Shown piece after piece: positions 62,561-64,000 of a stretch of DNA of 64,000 nt. Origin of the DNA: Marsupella aquatica (taxonomy: Eukaryota > Plantae > Marchantiophyta); contig OZ316891.1 of NCBI GenBank assembly GCA_973895155.1, positions 7,743,808-7,807,807 of the forward strand, given 5' to 3'. The notes below the pieces were generated by a model. It saw nothing but the letters and a program-made list of their open reading frames with translations. It had not been told where the DNA came from and did no database searches. The first letter of the stretch is position 1; the number at the start of each line of letters is the position of its first letter. Position numbers and translations under genes: made by a program.

Positions 62561-63694
62561 AAAGGGGAGCCGGGGTACATTCCAAGTGAAACAGTGGTGA
62601 TTTAAAAGAGAATGGGAGCTTCCTGCCTCCAGTGACAAGGAAGCTTACATTGGAGAGGCAGAAAGCTCACATTCTTACTGAATGTCCCGACTTATTGGAG
62701 AGGCAGAAAGCTCACATTGGTGAGTGAAACGGCAGAGCTTCGAGTAAATCCTGTCCTAGACTCAGCATTTCTATGTGCTGTGAGGGTTTCAAGCTCTTCG
62801 AGCTGACTTGCTTATCCCTCATTCCGAGTCCGTTGCTGCTGCTAACGTTTAAACTTGAAAAGGTGTGGTTTCCTTCCACTCGCTGATGCTTCGTCATCAA
62901 ATGTCTTGAAATGGGCCTGCCCCAATTTTCCTTGACATCAGCTCCTCAAAATGACCCAGTTGCCTTCCTTCCGCTATGAAGTCCTTTATTCGCTCATCAA
63001 ATTGATGAACTTCCAGACTTAGACTCTCTACCTTTCAAATTACAAAACGAAAACAGACACGGTATTTCAATCGACAATCCAGATAGAGCTCGCGCAGCCG
63101 AGACGTAAATGTACAGATTGGAGTGTCTGGCCAACGGTGACAGACGCACCTCATTCCTAGCTCAAATGATGTTCGAGTACCATTTGAACAAAGTGCAGAC
63201 TACCGTTTGCACACAAGTGCAACGTTTTTCTGCCAGCATGAGCGTCGTTTTCTTAACCTAGACCAAACATTAGCTCCTCACGGTCTACATACTGACATTC
63301 AGGGTGTTCAGTATGAGCCCAGTATGCGGTAAGAGGTAAACAATGTTTGTTAATAGAAGCAACCACAGGTATACAAGAAGAACCGGCAGTCCAAAGCATA
63401 ACGAAGAAAGCAGGTCCTCCTAATTTCAGCCACAAGACACCCTTCAAGCTATCAGGAAGTGGCTCATGGAACTCTTACAGCTATCAGGAAGGTACCACAC
63501 TTCCTTGGCTCCTTGGCTGTCCAAGGAAGCTGTTTCCCTGACTTATTGGAGAGACAACAAGCCCTGCTACTCTTTCAACGTATTCAATTACAAAAGCTTC
63601 AGTATAGAGATCGACTTGAAAGAGAAGGTGTTCGTCAAAAAATAAATTAAAATAGCAGATATCCGCCTCCACCCTACACAAAAATGTTGTCGTC

Positions 63695-64000
<306 letters not shown>

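Overview
Eukaryotic land-plant nuclear DNA with spliced GT-AG genes and many TE remnants. A TTC23-like gene and an intronless fungal-type transporter suggest a seed-free plant such as a liverwort (inference). The first ~43 kb is repeat-rich. It contains a full-length but decayed Bianca-lineage Ty1/copia element (7073-12784; short LTRs, AACTT TSD, half-tRNA-type PBS) inserted into a fold-back sequence. It also holds a fungal-type L-fucose permease (FucP/MFS) pseudogene between ~920-bp direct repeats, a small Mutator-like MITE family, a class II LOB-domain gene, a patchwork of host-gene fragments (HOP/STI1, Borealin-like) and Helitron-like 3' ends. The last ~20 kb is gene-dense: DUF3143 (preceded by a 5-copy ~130-bp array), a 10-exon TTC23-like TPR gene, a thioredoxin-fold/DUF179 gene, and the last exon of complex I PSST (NDUFS7). 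The best novelty candidate is the repeat-flanked fungal-type fucP cassette. All family calls come from motif recognition by eye; no database search was run.
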